47,668 nucleotides of DNA, taken from NCBI GenBank assembly GCA_001787205.1, contig MFWB01000011.1, forward strand, positions 1 through 47,668. Direction: 5' to 3'. The stretch is from Candidatus Nomurabacteria bacterium RIFOXYB1_FULL_39_16 (GTDB lineage Bacteria > Patescibacteriota > Minisyncoccia > Phycocordibacterales > UBA9973). A program made the position numbers and the translations under genes. Below the pieces are notes generated by a model that saw only the letters and a program-made list of their open reading frames with translations, was not told the DNA's origin and ran no database searches. Of the stretch, positions 19,319 to 26,807 are shown in pieces (position 1 is the first letter of the stretch; each line of letters starts with the position of its first letter).

Positions 19319-21568
19319 ATGGCAAAAAATGGAAATGGAAGGAAGGGTGATAAATACGAAAAAAAATTTACGAGTGGATTAAAAACGCAAACTAAACACG
19401 GAATCATCGCAGTTGTATTTTTTGTTCTAGCAGTATTCTTCCTGATGACCTACTTTGATATCGCTGGAGTGGCGGGTCTTTTTATTTTTGAAAAACTGGA
19501 ATACTTGCTCGGCGTCGGATATATCCTATTACCTACTCTCCTCGTCTTGCTCGGAAGTTCATTTATAAAATCAGAAGTGCCAGACATCGGATGGACTCGC
19601 GTCATCTCCGGTATTTTGTTTCTGCTCTCGGGTTTGGGGATGATAGACATCGCTTCGGGGAACCATTCCGGCGGATTTTTCGGAGAAATTTTATCTACAC
19701 CATTCGTCTCTCTGTTTGATGTATATGCCAGTCTCGTTTTCCTCGGAGCAATTTTAATAATTTCAGTTCTGATAATGTTTGACGCCAAGCTTTCCTTCGG
19801 TTCGCTTTTCACGAGAATCAAGGCATTGTTTACGAAGAAAGAAAAAGAGTTCACCTCTGATTTAAATGAAGATGAAATGGAAGAAGTGGAAAAAGTTTCT
19901 ACTCCCCTCCTCAATGAGGAGGGGGATGGGGGTGGTAATTCTAAAAAGAACCACCCCGCTCTAAAGAGCACCCCTCCTCAACAAGGAGGGGAAGAAGAAT
20001 TTGAACTCCCCAAGCTAAAAGCAAAAAGCTACAAGCTAAATACTAATTACGTTCCTCCCCCGCTTGATTTGCTTGAGGAAGATAAAGGTAAACCGAACAC
20101 CGGCGACATCAAGGCTAACGCGAATATCATAAAGCGTACTCTCGCGAACTTCGGCATTGAAGTGGAAATGGATGAGATAACTATCGGACCGACAGTCACC
20201 CGCTACGCGCTTAAGCCAGCCGAAGGAGTGAAGCTCTCCCGCATCGTGGGACTACAGAACGACCTCGCACTCTCCCTCGCGGCGCATCCTATCCGCATAG
20301 AAGCTCCCATCCCAGGCAAGTCTCTCGTCGGTATTGAAATTCCGAATAAATCCAAATCAATAGTCGGGCTCGCCACTCTCCTCTCCGATGATAAGTTCCA
20401 GAATTCTCCGAAGCCACTCACCATCGCGCTCGGACGCAATATTTCCGGCAAAGCGGTCTTCGGTAATTTGGCGAAGATGCCACACGCGCTCGTGGCCGGC
20501 ACGACTGGCTCAGGAAAATCGGTAACCATTCATTCTATGATTACTTCCCTTCTATATAGGAATGGCCCGGAAGATTTGAAGCTCATATTGATAGACCCGA
20601 AACGCGTGGAATTAACTCTTTATAAAAACATCCCTCACCTGCTCACGCCCGTAATTACTGAAGCAAAAAAGACTATTCTAGCCTTAAAATGGGCAGCCAA
20701 AGAGATGGACCGCCGTTACGATATATTAGAGGCGGAATCCGTACGAGACATAGAGTCTTATCATAGTAATGTTTGGGGCAAAAATAAGCAAAAGACCCCC
20801 TCCAGCTCCCCCTTGGCAGGGGGAGAGAATGAGGATACCTCCCCTGATAAGGGGAGGTCAGGTGGGGTTGATCGCCTGCCTTATATTGTCATCATCATAG
20901 ACGAACTGGCGGATATTATGAGCACTTACCCGAGAGAATTGGAAGCGGCCATCGTGCGTCTGGCACAGATGTCACGAGCAGTGGGCATACACTTGATACT
21001 CTCCACACAACGCCCAGAGGTGAATGTCATCACGGGACTCATCAAGGCGAACATCCCCGCCCGTATCGCGCTGAAAGTTTCTTCTCAGATAGACTCCCGC
21101 ACGATATTGGATACAGGCGGAGCGGAAAAGCTCTTGGGCGCCGGTGATATGCTCTACTCTTCGGGTGAAGCTCAGCCAGAACGTCTGCAGAGTGCTTTCA
21201 TCTCCGAAGTAGAGGTGAAAAAAGTAGTGAAATATTTGGCGGATGCCTATGCGGACGAGGTGACAGAAGAGATAACCCTAACCGCGGGCTCTATCTCTGC
21301 CGATAAAAGCATTTTTGAGGCTTCGCTTGATGACGATGATATGGATGACGATGATGAAATGTATGAAGAGGCCCGAGCCTGCGTGATGGAGGCGGGAAAA
21401 GCTTCCACTTCTTATTTGCAAAGAAAATTGAAATTGGGATATGCGCGCGCGGCTAGACTGATGGATAAACTGGAAGAACGCGGAGTGATTGGTCCAGGAG
21501 ACGGCGCAAAGCCGAGAGAGGTGTTGGAAAAAGTAGAAAGAACAGAAGATGGGGAAAATGTGATCTAA
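19319..21568 (+). CDS. ftsK: DNA translocase FtsK/SpoIIIE
   Basis: N-terminal TM domain; Walker A AGTTGSGKS; IDPKRVEL; Walker B IVIIIDELAD; gamma domain LQRKLKLGYARAARLMD. Confidence 0.97.
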   Translation: MAKNGNGRKGDKYEKKFTSGLKTQTKHGIIAVVFFVLAVFFLMTYFDIAGVAGLFIFEKLEYLLGVGYILLPTLLVLLGSSFIKSEVPDIGWTRVISGILFLLSGLGMIDIASGNHSGGFFGEILSTPFVSLFDVYASLVFLGAILIISVLIMFDAKLSFGSLFTRIKALFTKKEKEFTSDLNEDEMEEVEKVSTPLLNEEGDGGGNSKKNHPALKSTPPQQGGEEEFELPKLKAKSYKLNTNYVPPPLDLLEEDKGKPNTGDIKANANIIKRTLANFGIEVEMDEITIGPTVTRYALKPAEGVKLSRIVGLQNDLALSLAAHPIRIEAPIPGKSLVGIEIPNKSKSIVGLATLLSDDKFQNSPKPLTIALGRNISGKAVFGNLAKMPHALVAGTTGSGKSVTIHSMITSLLYRNGPEDLKLILIDPKRVELTLYKNIPHLLTPVITEAKKTILALKWAAKEMDRRYDILEAESVRDIESYHSNVWGKNKQKTPSSSPLAGGENEDTSPDKGRSGGVDRLPYIVIIIDELADIMSTYPRELEAAIVRLAQMSRAVGIHLILSTQRPEVNVITGLIKANIPARIALKVSSQIDSRTILDTGGAEKLLGAGDMLYSSGEAQPERLQSAFISEVEVKKVVKYLADAYADEVTEEITLTAGSISADKSIFEASLDDDDMDDDDEMYEEARACVMEAGKASTSYLQRKLKLGYARAARLMDKLEERGVIGPGDGAKPREVLEKVERTEDGENVI
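19902..19992. repeat. BoxC-like doublet in frame in the ftsK linker
   Basis: CTCCCCTCCTCAATGAGGAGGGGG...CCACCCCGCTCTAAAGAGCACCCCTCCTCAACAAGGAGGGG; encodes PLLNEEGDGGGNSKKNHPALKSTPPQQGG. Confidence 0.88.
20795..20869. repeat. BoxC-like doublet in frame in the ftsK motor domain
   Basis: CTCCCCCTTGGCAGGGGGAG...CCTCCCCTGATAAGGGGAGG; encodes TPSSSPLAGGENEDTSPDKGRSGG just before LPYIVIIIDE. Confidence 0.88.
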
Positions 21569-21641
21569 GTTCCGGTCATTGTTTTTACTCAGGTCCTCGG
21601 AAAAAATCCCCAGACCATTCGTAAAAGCAATGACCGGAACT
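21568..21641. repeat. 74-bp stem-loop element filling the ftsK downstream spacer
   Basis: 21-bp arms AGTTCCGGTCATTGTTTTTAC / GTAAAAGCAATGACCGGAACT (one G-U pair), plus inner GGTC/GACC pairing. Confidence 0.8.
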
Positions 21642-21648
21642 AAAAACA

Positions 21649-22017
21649 ATGAATCAAGACATTAAAAAAATAATCAAAATAGCGGGTTTTTCTGTTTTTT
21701 TTATTTTAATTATTATTTACGCCATTTTTATTTCTAAAGATTTAATTTTTGGGATAAAGATTACGGAAGTGAACTTGTCGGACGGAGCAGTCTTCACGGA
21801 TAACATAGTAAAACTGACGGGAAACGCGAGAAATGCCATAAAATTAACCTTAAATGGACGGGAAATTTCAATAGACCAAGAAGGAAATTTCAACGAGACA
21901 ATAGCCCTCCTGCCAGGGTATAATATAGTCACCATCAAAGCCCAAGATAAATTCGGCTACATGGACGAAAAAAATTTCCGCCTCATCGGCGGATCAGCCG
22001 AAGAGGCTGAATTATAA
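21649..22017 (+). CDS. Membrane-anchored Ig-like domain protein
   Basis: N-terminal TM helix; LTGNARNAIKLTLNG...GNFNETIALLPGYNIVTIKAQDKFG. Confidence 0.8.
   Translation: MNQDIKKIIKIAGFSVFFILIIIYAIFISKDLIFGIKITEVNLSDGAVFTDNIVKLTGNARNAIKLTLNGREISIDQEGNFNETIALLPGYNIVTIKAQDKFGYMDEKNFRLIGGSAEEAEL
21977..22010. repeat. Twin mini-palindrome forming the 3' end of the CDS
   Basis: TCCGCC-TCATC-GGCGGA followed by TCAGCC-GAAGA-GGCTGA. Confidence 0.65.
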
Positions 22018-22033
22018 GTAATCTTTAAAAACA

Positions 22034-23110
22034 ATGAATAAAACAAAAAAAGAGAAAAAGGAAGAAAAAACCATGAACGGATCAGTGCTTAGCGATACCC
22101 TGAAGGCCATTCAGACAAAATTCGGAGAAGGTTCCATAATGAAATTAGGTGACACCCCGAAGGTCAACATCAACACCATCCCGACCGGCTCTATCGGCTT
22201 GGATATGGCGCTCGGTGTAGGCGGAATTCCTCGCGGAAGAATTATTGAAATATTCGGTCCGGAATCTTCCGGTAAGACTACCCTATCGCTCCACATCGTG
22301 GCGGAAGCGCAAAAGTTGGGCGGAGTATGCGCCTACATAGACGCGGAGCACGCAATGGACCCGGAATACACAAAGAAACTCGGAGTAAATATAAATGATT
22401 TGCTCATCTCTCAGCCAGACAACGGCGAACAGGCGCTAGAAATAGTGGAAAGTCTCGTGCGCACGGGGAAAATTGACGTAGTGGTGGTGGATTCTGTCGC
22501 CGCTCTCACCCCGAAAGACGAGATAGAAGGAGATATGGGAGCTTATCATGTGGGCAAACAGGCCCGATTGATGTCGCAAGCGCTCCGCAAACTGACCGCC
22601 ATCGTCGCCAGGTCTAAAACTTGTGTCATTTTCATCAACCAAATCCGTATGCAGATAGGAGTGATGTTCGGCAACCCAGAAACGACTCCGGGAGGCAAGG
22701 CTCTCAAGTTCTATACTTCAGTACGCCTTGATATCCGTAAAATTGCTCAAATTAAAAAGGGAGAAGAAATCGTGGGCTCACGCACTCGTGTGAAGGTGGT
22801 AAAAAACAAAGTCGCGGCTCCATTTAAGCAGACGGAATTTGATATCATTTACAACGAAGGCATCTCTAAAGAGGGCGAGATAATGGCCCTCGGAGAAAAA
22901 TTTAAAATTATAGAAAAAAGCGGAAATTCGTACTTCTATACTCCCAGTGGAGAAAAAGAACCCGCCTCCGCCAAAGGCTCCGGCGAGGCAAGGGAAAAAG
23001 TAAAATTGGGCGTGGGTTATGACTCTACTCGCACTTTCCTAAAAGAAAACGAAAAAATCTCCAAGGAAATCTTGAAGGAAATTAAAAAGAAGTTTGCCGA
23101 GGAAGCCTAA
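22034..23110 (+). CDS. recA: Recombinase RecA
   Basis: GPESSGKTT; DAEHAMDP; [29 protein letters not shown]. Confidence 0.99.
   Translation: MNKTKKEKKEEKTMNGSVLSDTLKAIQTKFGEGSIMKLGDTPKVNINTIPTGSIGLDMALGVGGIPRGRIIEIFGPESSGKTTLSLHIVAEAQKLGGVCAYIDAEHAMDPEYTKKLGVNINDLLISQPDNGEQALEIVESLVRTGKIDVVVVDSVAALTPKDEIEGDMGAYHVGKQARLMSQALRKLTAIVARSKTCVIFINQIRMQIGVMFGNPETTPGGKALKFYTSVRLDIRKIAQIKKGEEIVGSRTRVKVVKNKVAAPFKQTEFDIIYNEGISKEGEIMALGEKFKIIEKSGNSYFYTPSGEKEPASAKGSGEAREKVKLGVGYDSTRTFLKENEKISKEILKEIKKKFAEEA
22961..22993. repeat. 33-bp palindromic insert in recA
   Basis: CCCGCCTCCGCCAAAGGCTCCGGCGAGGCAAGG = [11 protein letters not shown], between GNSYFY and KLGVG. Confidence 0.8.
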
Positions 23111-23721
23111 ACTCGCTCGACGTAGTCGCCGGTCTCGGTATTTACACGAATCACATCTCCTTCACTTACGAACATTGGAGCGTTTAAAGTAGTGCCGTTT
23201 TCAAGCGTGATTATTTTATTTCCGCCTTTAGAGGTGTCCCCTCTCACCGCCGGAGGAGCTTCTTTGACTTTGAACTCCATCTTGATAGGCAGAGAAACCT
23301 TTATCACCACCTCCTCGTCGTCATTGTCCCACACCAAAGTGGTGACATTTTCATTTTGTTTTAAAAATTTAGCCGCGTTCCCGATAAGCGCTTCATCTAG
23401 TTTGAATCTCTTACTCTTGTCTTCTGGATCGCAGAACCAATACTCTCCCCCGCCTGCATCGCTATGCGAAGCATTGCGGGCAGGTTTGTTGTGATACAAG
23501 AAAGTGGTATCGCGTTTTACGATATCCGCTTCATCGGCTGAGTCAGCTACGTGATAAGTGGCAGGGAAAACTTTCCCGGAAATCAGACTTCGCAATTTTA
23601 CCTGATTTTGAGGTTTCCTTTGCTGAGTGCGGGCAACGTGAGACTCCACCACCTCGCAAGGCTCATCATCATGAATGATTATTTTTTTCTCGCGAATTTC
23701 GTTGTATTGAAGTTGTGACAT
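23107..23721 (-). CDS. efp: Elongation factor P
   Basis: [10 protein letters not shown]; [19 protein letters not shown]....[22 protein letters not shown]; likely start MSQLQY. Confidence 0.93.
   Translation of the reverse strand: MSQLQYNEIREKKIIIHDDEPCEVVESHVARTQQRKPQNQVKLRSLISGKVFPATYHVADSADEADIVKRDTTFLYHNKPARNASHSDAGGGEYWFCDPEDKSKRFKLDEALIGNAAKFLKQNENVTTLVWDNDDEEVVIKVSLPIKMEFKVKEAPPAVRGDTSKGGNKIITLENGTTLNAPMFVSEGDVIRVNTETGDYVERV
23449..23484. repeat. 36-bp palindromic insert in efp
   Basis: Minus strand CCTGCCCGCAATGCTTCGCATAGCGATGCAGGCGGG = [12 protein letters not shown], inside FLYHNK|GEYWF. Confidence 0.85.
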
Positions 23722-23735
23722 AAAAAATATGCAGA

Positions 23736-23779
23736 CCATACTCCCGGGATATGGGAATTCCCATATCCCGGGAGTATGG
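23736..23779. repeat. Perfect 44-bp palindrome between rpsR and efp
   Basis: CCATACTCCCGGGATATGGGAA|TTCCCATATCCCGGGAGTATGG. Confidence 0.9.
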
Positions 23780-23794
23780 GTGTGGATAACTACT

Positions 23795-23995
23795 TTACTT
23801 AACTACGAAAGGAAGCAGGCCCATAAACCTCGCATGCTTGATGGCGGAAGTGAGAGCGCGCTGATTCTTGGAAGTGACGCCGGACCTCTTGTGGCTTACA
23901 ATCTTGCCGTTTGGATTTAAAAATTTCTTTAAGATTTCAATATCCTTGTAGTCTATGTATTTTATGTTGTTGGCTGAAAAATAATCTTGTTTCAT
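23795..23995 (-). CDS. rpsR: 30S ribosomal protein S18
   Basis: IDYKDIEILKKFL...GKI...SGVTSKNQRALTSAIKHARFMGLLPF; Zn-ligand Cys residues absent. Confidence 0.96.
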   Translation of the reverse strand: MKQDYFSANNIKYIDYKDIEILKKFLNPNGKIVSHKRSGVTSKNQRALTSAIKHARFMGLLPFVVK

Positions 23996-24008
23996 AATTT
24001 TTTATTGA

Positions 24009-24461
24009 TTAAAATGGTATGTCCTCTGAATTAATGTCTTCTTCCGGGTATTCTATAGCGTCAACTTCTCCCTCACTGACAGGGGCTTTGGAGCCTACGC
24101 TGTTTGTGCCTCCATTTCCTCCGGTATTTCCTCCTTTGGGACCAAACTGAGTGCGGTCAGCGACGACTTCGGTACGGTATTTCTTTTCTCCACTGGTTTT
24201 ATCATCCCAACTCCTGGTTTGCATTCTGCCCTCAACTAAGATGGAGCTTCCTTTCTTCATATATTGCGCCACCGTCTCAGCTTGGCGTCCGAAAACCACG
24301 ACATTGTGATAATCAGTAGCTTCTTGGCGAGCGCCACTCTTGTCTTTCCAGACACGATTGGTAGCCAAAGAAAAGGTGCAGACTTTTATACCCGAAGGAA
24401 GAGAGCGAAGTTCCGGATCGCGAGTAAGATTTCCTATTAAAATTGCTTTGTTTAAATACAT
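24009..24461 (-). CDS. ssb: Single-stranded DNA-binding protein
   Basis: NKAILIGNLTRDPELR; C-terminal EDIPF. Confidence 0.98.
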   Translation of the reverse strand: MYLNKAILIGNLTRDPELRSLPSGIKVCTFSLATNRVWKDKSGARQEATDYHNVVVFGRQAETVAQYMKKGSSILVEGRMQTRSWDDKTSGEKKYRTEVVADRTQFGPKGGNTGGNGGTNSVGSKAPVSEGEVDAIEYPEEDINSEDIPF

Positions 24462-24496
24462 GATTCGTAATTTAAAATTTATAATTTGTAATTATC

Positions 24497-25015
24497 TTAC
24501 ACCGCAATCATCGCGTCTATTTCTTTATCAATCTCTTCTTTGTTTATAGGAACAGCTTCTTCTCCTTCTACGGTTTTATGTGTATTGGGCACTCTCTTAT
24601 GTCCTGCATCCCTTCCCACGAACCTTTTGGCCGCGATGGTGTTTTCTTTTACTGTCTTTAATATCAAAAATCTTACAAAGTTAGGGTCAAGGTCAAGCTT
24701 CTTCTTTAATTCCAAGACCTTATCTGAATCCATAACGAATTTGGTCCAGCCGAAATATGCAGTGTTAAATTTGTTGCGGACATTGGAGATGACTTTGACC
24801 ATAGAGTAAGCAAGTGGAATAATTTTCGGCATTTCGTCGGAAATAATTTCTCCCTTGAAAGAAGATACGAGTTCTTTGACGTTGCCGTACATAACCGGTA
24901 AATTTTCTTCGGTAATTGAAGGCACTAAAAGATATCCGAGTTCGTATACCCTCTCGTTTACTCCCGTGTCCGCATCGTTTGATGCGATTTCGTCTTTAAT
25001 TTCGTTATCCTGCAT
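24497..25015 (-). CDS. rpsF: 30S ribosomal protein S6
   Basis: VYELGYLLVP...LAYSM...AYFGW...VRFLILK; rpsF-ssb-rpsR order; start probably MQDNE (TGCTACTAT 7 nt upstream). Confidence 0.9.
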   Translation of the reverse strand: MQDNEIKDEIASNDADTGVNERVYELGYLLVPSITEENLPVMYGNVKELVSSFKGEIISDEMPKIIPLAYSMVKVISNVRNKFNTAYFGWTKFVMDSDKVLELKKKLDLDPNFVRFLILKTVKENTIAAKRFVGRDAGHKRVPNTHKTVEGEEAVPINKEEIDKEIDAMIAV

Positions 25016-25054
25016 AGGTTTCATAGTAGCAAAAACTTTTTAAAAAAGCAATTC

Positions 25055-25091
25055 ACCTCACCCCAGCCCTCTCCTTAATAAGGAGAGGGGG
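25055..25091. repeat. BoxC-like element downstream of tatD
   Basis: ACCTCACCCCAGCCCTCTCCTTA-A-TAAGGAGAGGGGG. Confidence 0.9.
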
Positions 25092-25092
25092 C

Positions 25093-25977
25093 CTAGATTC
25101 CGAAAAGTCGTTTGGCATTCGCCACAATAGCCTTCGCCACCTCCTCCTCGGGAAGTTTCTTGATTTCGGCGATTCTTTTAACTATTTCTGCCACATAAAC
25201 AGGTTCGTTGCGTTTGCCTCTATACGGCACAGGCGCCATATATGGAGAATCCGTGTCTGTTAGTATCATATCAAGTGGAAGATCTTTAATTATCCCCTCG
25301 TAGTCGCAACTTCTGCCACTTTTCTTGGGAGGATAGGTAATGGCGCCGGTAAAAGAAATCATAAACCCAAAGGCTATAAAATTTTTCGCATCTTCCAGGT
25401 CGCCCTCAAAAAAATGAACCACTCCTTTGACTTTCGCGTGTTGTTTCAAAATTTCCAAAATGTCGGCGTATGCATTTTTATTTTTTTCTCCTGCCTCGCC
25501 CACAGGCGGGTCATAATTATTCCTCACGTGAATCATTAATGGTCTTTCTGTCTCGTTTGCCAATTCCACCTGCGCGATAAAATTTTCTTTTTGTTTTTTT
25601 ATAGACTCTTCATCCATATGATAATAATCCAGTCCACATTCCCCTATCGCCACCACCTTAGGGTCTTTCAAAAGCTCCCTATAAGCTTCTTTGTCAAAAG
25701 TTTCTCCACGAGAAGTAAATTCTTTTCCTCCTTCTCCTAATTCTTTTTCGTCATGAAATGAGGCTCCGGTGTGGATAGGATGAAGTCCGACAATAGCGTA
25801 CACGCCTTCTTTGTATTTATTTGCCAACTCAACTGCCCTCCTCGAAGTATCTATCTGTGTACCCACATTCATAAACCAAGTGTCGTTGTCTAGAGCACGC
25901 TTAATAACCTCGTCTCTGTCGGCGTCAAAAGCGGTAAAATTCACGTGGCTATGGATGTCTATGTATTTGGGGATCAT
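25093..25977 (-). CDS. tatD: TatD family deoxyribonuclease
   Basis: IDIHSH; GLHP; AIGECGLDY; IHVR; DTDSPYMAPVPYRGKRNEP. Confidence 0.95.
   Translation of the reverse strand: MIPKYIDIHSHVNFTAFDADRDEVIKRALDNDTWFMNVGTQIDTSRRAVELANKYKEGVYAIVGLHPIHTGASFHDEKELGEGGKEFTSRGETFDKEAYRELLKDPKVVAIGECGLDYYHMDEESIKKQKENFIAQVELANETERPLMIHVRNNYDPPVGEAGEKNKNAYADILEILKQHAKVKGVVHFFEGDLEDAKNFIAFGFMISFTGAITYPPKKSGRSCDYEGIIKDLPLDMILTDTDSPYMAPVPYRGKRNEPVYVAEIVKRIAEIKKLPEEEVAKAIVANAKRLFGI
25490..25510. repeat. 21-bp palindromic insert in tatD
   Basis: CCTGCCTCGCCCACAGGCGGG, encoding PPVGEAG in the loop after IHVRNNYD. Confidence 0.75.
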
Positions 25978-26017
25978 GGATTAATTCAATTAAGAACCTC
26001 ACCCTGCCCTCTCCTTA

Positions 26018-26377
26018 TTAAGGAGAGGGTGAATTTAATTCATTGATAATTTTCTTTAATACACTATCTATATTAACATTTACTTCATTATTCCAAAAAC
26101 GAATTACTTTTATACCAAATACAGATAAATAATCGGATCTTTCAATGTCATATTCTTTATTTTCAATATGCTGTGAACCATCAATCTCAATCGCCAACTT
26201 TTTTAACGGACAATAAAAATCCAAAACATACGGACCCACGGAATACTGTCTTTTTATTTTTAAACCTAACTGATTATTTCTTAATTTACCCCAAAGAATT
26301 TCTTCTTCCTTGGTTTGAGATCGCCTTAATAAAACACGCTTGGTTAAATTTTTTGTCTTATTATAGAAAACCGTCAT
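26018..26377 (-). CDS. DUF559 (Vsr-like) endonuclease domain protein
   Basis: LRRSQTKEEEILWGKLR...KRQYSVGPYVLDFYCP..KLAIEIDGSQH...RSDYL..FGIKVIRFWNNEV. Confidence 0.92.
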   Translation of the reverse strand: MTVFYNKTKNLTKRVLLRRSQTKEEEILWGKLRNNQLGLKIKRQYSVGPYVLDFYCPLKKLAIEIDGSQHIENKEYDIERSDYLSVFGIKVIRFWNNEVNVNIDSVLKKIINELNSPSP

Positions 26378-26391
26378 ATGATGAATAAGCT

Positions 26392-26757
26392 CTACTGACT
26401 TTTAGTTGCAACCTCTAAAATATATCCATCTGGGTCTTTAAAATCTACAGTATAAGCGGTTTTGTTTTTGTAAATATAATCAACTGGACCCCTAATAATA
26501 TTTCCATTATTACTTATCAAGAATTCCGCCACTTTATCTACGACACTCCTAGATTCAGCAAGAAAACAAATATGACGTGGTCCTGCACTTTTGATAAACC
26601 CAAAAGGTTGTTCTATAAAATAAATTTTTGTTTCTCCATTACTAAACCCATTTTCATTTATCTTTTGCCAATCAATGACTTGAAATAGGTTTTCATAAAA
26701 ATTTAAAGAAACAGCAAGCTTCGAAACCCAGAATTCTATATGTTTTATTGTTGTCAT
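26392..26757 (-). CDS. VOC/glyoxalase family protein
   Basis: IKHIEFWVSKLAVSLNFY...HICFLAESRSVVD...YTVDFKDPDGYILEV. Start MTTIK; the ORF's upstream extension is translated repeat. Confidence 0.9.
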   Translation of the reverse strand: MTTIKHIEFWVSKLAVSLNFYENLFQVIDWQKINENGFSNGETKIYFIEQPFGFIKSAGPRHICFLAESRSVVDKVAEFLISNNGNIIRGPVDYIYKNKTAYTVDFKDPDGYILEVATKSQ

Positions 26758-26807
26758 GTAATTTATTCCCCTCTCCTTAATAAGGAGAGGGGTTGGGGGT
26801 GAGGTTC

